A stretch of 38,871 nt of DNA from positions 13,688,732 through 13,727,602 of the forward strand of contig NC_069007.1 of assembly GCF_001194135.2 (NCBI RefSeq), written 5' to 3'. The notes under the pieces were generated by a model. The model made no database searches, had not been told where the DNA came from, and worked only from the letters and a program-made list of their open reading frames with translations. How positions within the stretch are numbered: position 1 is the stretch's first letter; each line of letters begins with the position of its first letter. This document shows positions 34,891-38,871 of this stretch, piece after piece. This DNA comes from Octopus bimaculoides (lineage: Eukaryota). The position numbers were made by a program, and so were the translations under genes.

Positions 34891-35134
34891 CATATGTAGT
34901 TTCCTCTTCAGTTCCTGCAGATTCTTCATAGTCATGCTCCTTCACATGTTCTGCATTGATTTTACTTTGCTGCGCATGCTGCACTATCAGGGCATTGTAT
35001 GCCGCATCTTTCTCTTCCGTTTCTCTCCTGATGGTTTCCAGTTGTTCTTGCAGCTCACGCATCTGGGTCTCCTTTTCGGATATCTCTGCAGCACGTTTCT
35101 CAGCAACTTCATGTGCCTCTAAGGCTTCTCTTTC
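34891..35134 (-). CDS. Moe: ERM exon, end of the alpha-helical domain plus acidic linker
   Basis: EREALEAHEVAEKRAAEISEKETQMRELQEQLE...AEHVKEHDYEESAGTEEETTY(G); ccatag|G and TATG|gtaag; 244 nt, phase 0 to 1, in frame with both neighbouring exons. Confidence 0.93.
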
Positions 35135-35429
35135 CTATGGGAATATTGAAATTAACAAAACCCAATGACGGTGCTCCAGCATGACCACAACCAACCATAA
35201 GATTGGCTGGAACTGGTACAAAAATAGAAGAGTAACAAGACTGTGACATGAGGATCTAAGAAGTCTGACATAAATATATCAACATCTGCCTTGCAAGCTN
35301 NNNNNNNNNNNNNNNNNNNNNNNNNNNNNNNNNNNNNNNNNNNNNNNNNNNNNNNNNNNNNNNNNNNNNNNNNNNNNNNNNNNNNNNNNNNNNNNNNNNN
35401 NNNNNNNNNNNNNNNNNNNNNNNNNNNNN

Positions 35430-35610
35430 TGGCACAGTTTTGACAGCTGAATGCCCTTCCTAACACCGACCACCCCACAGAGTGGACAGTGCTTTTCACA
35501 TGGCACTAACACAAGCAAGGTCAGTTTTGGCAGGGTTCTTACAGCCAGATGCCCTTCCAAATGCCAACCACTTTACAGTGTGGGCTGGATGCTTCATATG
35601 ATGCCCCAGG
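35430..35610 (-). mobile_element. RTE-tailed repeat fragments
   Basis: atgcccttcctaacacc and gatgcccttccaaatgccaaccactttacagtgtg, reverse complement of 33290-33360. Confidence 0.7.
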
Positions 35611-35699
35611 TAATTTGCAAGATAAAGATCCTTTAAGAGGGGAGGGGGCATTGGAGGAGGTGATACAGTCAAAAAAATATATCAATAGCATTGATATAA

Positions 35700-36015
35700 C
35701 AGTGATTAAAAAGCATGCTTTGTAATCATGTGGCTTTGGGTTCAATCTGTGTGGCACACCTTGGGCCCATGGTCATCCAATGGTTTGTGAGAATTAGGCA
35801 TATGGAAGCTGTGTAGAAGCCTGTTGTGTCCATGTGTGAGACCACCACTGAACGAGTGTTGGTTTGTTTGTGCCCCTGTAACTTAGCAGTTCAGTAAAAG
35901 AGACTGATACAATAAGTACCAGAGAAAAGAAAAAAAAGTTGGGGGATTAATTTGTTTGATGAAATCCTTCCAGGTTGCACCTCAGCATGGGTGAAGTCCA
36001 TGATTGAAAGAAAGA
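35700..36015 (+). mobile_element. Degenerate SINE family A
   Basis: ggttcaatc..tggcac..cttgggc...gtaacttagcagttcag..aaagagactgata.aataagtacc...cagcatgg. Confidence 0.6.
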
Positions 36016-36040
36016 AAAGAGAAAAGCTCACATACGACAG

Positions 36041-36444
36041 ATTGCAAGTATCTTGAGAGAGAAATTGGGTATAATAGGCATCAGATGTGTGCAAAAGAGA
36101 AGACTGCACTGGTATGATCATGTGATGCATATGGACAATGACAGCAGCATGGATAAGTACTGATTTCTAACTGTGGAGGGAACCTATGGAAGAGGTAGAC
36201 CCAACAAGACATGGAATGAGGTGGTGAAGCATGATCTTCAGATGTTGGGTCTCATGGAGGGGATGACAAATGATCAAAACTTTGGCTGTGTTTGAGAAAA
36301 TTCATGAAACCAAATGAAATCATAGTTGTGACCAGTGCTGGGGACACGTAAAAGGTAGCCACTAGACTCTTGGAGGGGTTGGCATTAGGAAGGGCATCCA
36401 GCCATAGAAATCAAACCAAACCAGATTAGAACCTGATGATGATG
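36041..36444 (+). mobile_element. RTE LINE 3' end with tail
   Basis: ASILREKLGIIGIRCVQKRRLHWYDHVMHMD...EGTYGRGRPNKTWNEVVKHDLQMLGL, then the ggcattaggaagggcatccagc tail and (GAT)n. Confidence 0.85.
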
Positions 36445-36949
36445 TATAAAACAGATCTTGATTTTAGGGCAGGACAAAGGGTTTTGTTAGTCAGGGTTGA
36501 ACTTGAGCAGGCTCAAACAAGGAATTTAAATTTAATGGAAGACTCACAGCTGCTCATGTATGCCAGTCTCCCCTATGGACTGGTGCGCTTACGTGAATAC
36601 TATGGACATTTTTACTTAGCGTTCATTCTAATAGCTCTTTTGTCTCAATAACGGTCAGTCACACAGTAATTTCCCTTTGTTTAATGGTCATTTTTCGATG
36701 GCCAAGATAACTGAAGAGATGGTGGCATGGGTTTCTGCCCTAACATCTGAAACTGAGATTAATCACGGCTACCGAATAATTGTCACATTATTTACAGATA
36801 TATATATACATATCTATCACGTGACCAACCAGGCTAGCAGATAGTGTTACACATCACTGGCCACAATGCATATTTGCATTGTTTTAGCCTTCAAATGATG
36901 CCACTCCAATAGCTAGGCAAGCAGGCCAGCATTCACCCCCTGATCGGAA

Positions 36950-37070
36950 GGGGGACTGGAGTAACGTGAAATGAAGTATTTTGCTCAAGAACATAATGCT
37001 CTGCCCAGTCAGGGAATCGAAACCACGATCTAATCATCATCAGTGCAACAGCCTAACCACTAGGCCATGC
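36950..37070 (-). mobile_element. SINE family D head
   Basis: ggagtaacgtgaaatgaagtattttgctcaagaac...gggaatcgaaaccacgatc...aaccactaggccatg. Confidence 0.75.
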
Positions 37071-37241
37071 ATCTATATAGGCTACTCAACCACACTTGCA
37101 CCCACACACACAAAAAAAAAGGTTATGAGGTTAATGTACAGCCCCATACACTGAATAGTCAGGAAGCTTCACAGACATGTGAACCCTTCAGTAGGGTTAA
37201 AAATAATAAAATGACCCTTTTTTTTGGGGGGAACTACTTAC

Positions 37242-37402
37242 TTTCTGGTTTCTTACTTCTTTTTCAAGGTCTACATTCTTCAAAGCTTCCTGCTTCATCT
37301 CTTCAGCTCTGGCTTTCTCAGTTAGTAAGTCTTCTCGTTCCTTGTTATACCGATTCAAATTGTCTTCCAATTCCATCTTTTTCATCTCAGACACATCCAA
37401 AT
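37242..37402 (-). CDS. Moe: ERM exon, alpha-helical coiled-coil domain (alternative donor would end it at 37257)
   Basis: (D)LDVSEMKKMELEDNLNRYNKEREDLLTEKARAEEMKQEALKNVDLEKE[VRNQK]; ctgtcag|AT acceptor, phase 1; both donors are phase 0 and in frame with the 35134 exon. Upstream FERM exons were not found in this window. Confidence 0.88.
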
Positions 37403-37563
37403 CTGACAGACAAATAAAGAAAGTAGAAATTACACATTTAATATTAACTGGTACTATATCATTTATGAGGACAATGGTTCCTGTTGATCTGATCAACGGA
37501 ACAACCTGCTCATGAAATTAACATGCAAGAGGCAGAGCACTCCACAGGCACACATACCCTTAA

Positions 37564-37725
37564 CCCTTTAGCATTTAAACTGGCCATATCTGGCCAAAGT
37601 ATTCTATTTCATCTTCAAACTGGCCGATCTGGCCTCACACCAACCTTACAATATCATTCTAAAATTTAACAGTTACCTCATCAAACTCTCAAAGCTGCAA
37701 CATAATGCATGAATAATTCAAAACA
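37564..37725 (+). mobile_element. Family C MITE (3' truncated) inserted at TTAA
   Basis: TTAA (37560-37563) then CCCTTTAGCATTTAAACTGGCC..., same family as 1376-1591. Confidence 0.75.
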
Positions 37726-37729
37726 ATCC

Positions 37730-38035
37730 TCATCATTATCATTGTTTAACATCTGCTTTCCATGCTGGCATGGGTTGGACAGTTTGACAGAGCTAGGAAG
37801 CCAGGAGGCTGCATCAGGCTCCAGTCTGATTTGGCAAGGTTTCTACAGCTGGATGCTGTTCCTAATGCCAACCATTCGGAGAGTGTAGTGGATGATTTTT
37901 ACGTGCCACCGGCACGGGCTTCGACTGCACTTGAATGGTGCTTTTTACATGCCACAAGACAGGAGCCAAGTCAGCTGGCACTCACATCGGTCACACTCAA
38001 AATGATGCTTTTTACGTGTCACCAGCATGTGAACA
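37730..38035 (-). mobile_element. RTE-tailed repeat
   Basis: catcatt..ttaacatctgctttccatgctggcatgggttggacagtttgac...ggatgctgttcctaatgccaacca. Confidence 0.8.
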
Positions 38036-38104
38036 AATAAGTATGACTTTTGACAATAATGTGAGTGCTCAAGGATTAACATAGTTCTCTGGGAGAACAC
38101 AGAA

Positions 38105-38265
38105 CCTTTTCTACTCTAGGCACAAGGCCCAAAATTTTGGGGGAGGGGGGGCAGTCAATTGGATAGACCCCAGTATGCAGCTGGTACTTAATTTATCAAC
38201 CCCGAAAGGATGAAAGGAAAAGTCAACCTTGGCAATATTTGAATTCAGAACGTAGTGACAGATGA
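38105..38265 (-). mobile_element. SINE family B nested in another SINE
   Basis: 15-bp TSD tgggagaacacagaa at 38090-38104 and 38266-38280. Confidence 0.85.
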
Positions 38266-38478
38266 TGGGAGAACACAGAATGTGTCAAGGTTGGCCCATT
38301 GAAATTCAGGTACTACTTTTTTGCCAACTGAGTGGCCTGGAGCAACGTGAAATAAAGTGTCTTGCTTAAGGACAACGTGCCACTGGGAATTGAACTCATG
38401 ACTTTATGATCATTAGCTGAATACCCTAACCACTAAGCCATGTACCCTCACACTTCTAATATTATTTAATAATTAAAG

Positions 38479-38700
38479 GTGGTGAGCTGGCAGAAATGTT
38501 ACCCTGCCGGGCGAAATGCTTAGCGGTATTTCATCTGCTGCTATGTTCTGAGTTCAAATTCCACTGAGGTCGACTGTCTTTCATCCTTTCAGGGTCGATT
38601 AAATAAGTACCAGTTACGCACTGGGGTTGATATAATTGACTTAATCCGTTTGTCCCCTCTGTGTGTAGCCCCTTGTGGGCAATAAAGAAATAAGAAACTT
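38479..38700 (+). mobile_element. SINE family B, near full length; a further fragment follows at 38720-38871
   Basis: GGTGGTGAGCTGGCAGAA...GAGTTCAAATTCC...ccccttgtgggcaataaagaaataagaa. Confidence 0.88.
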
Positions 38701-38871
38701 TTGTCTTCCAGGTACAATAATGCTTTGTGGCATTTTGCCCATCTTTACATTCTAAGTTCATATTCCACCATGGTTGACTTTGCCTTTCACCCTTTCCAAG
38801 GTTGATAAAATAAGTACCAGTGGAGTACAGGGGTCGATGTAATAGACTTACTCCCTCCCCTGAAATTACTG

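Noticed and set aside
1-38871. CRISPR arrays, rRNA or prokaryotic systems
   Set aside because: None seen; this is intron- and SINE-rich animal DNA, and the periodic repeats are minisatellites or SINE tandems without unique spacers.

Overview
AT-rich, repeat-dense animal genomic DNA from a draft assembly with six N-gaps. The SINE families and microsatellite load look like an octopus (coleoid cephalopod) genome; this is an inference, not a database match. The one clearly identifiable host gene is an ERM-family (moesin/ezrin/radixin) gene on the minus strand. Its last four coding exons (37402-37242, 35134-34891, 34051-33951, 31796-31632) splice in frame and end in the C-ERMAD motif [26 protein letters not shown]. 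Most of the rest is transposon-derived: a full-length 1599-bp Tc1 IR/DR element with a broken DD34E transposase, hAT, mariner and pogo relics, TTAA-flanked MITEs, RTE-LINE 3' ends and at least three tRNA-type SINE families, often nested. The most interesting feature is a ~2.6-kb intronless, heavily decayed reading frame on the minus strand at ~23345-25965. Its translated fragments show collinear motif resemblance to orthomyxovirus (influenza/Thogoto-like) PB2, so it is a candidate endogenous viral element. That comparison is against sequences recalled from memory and needs a profile search. All alignments were done by eye and repeat boundaries are approximate.
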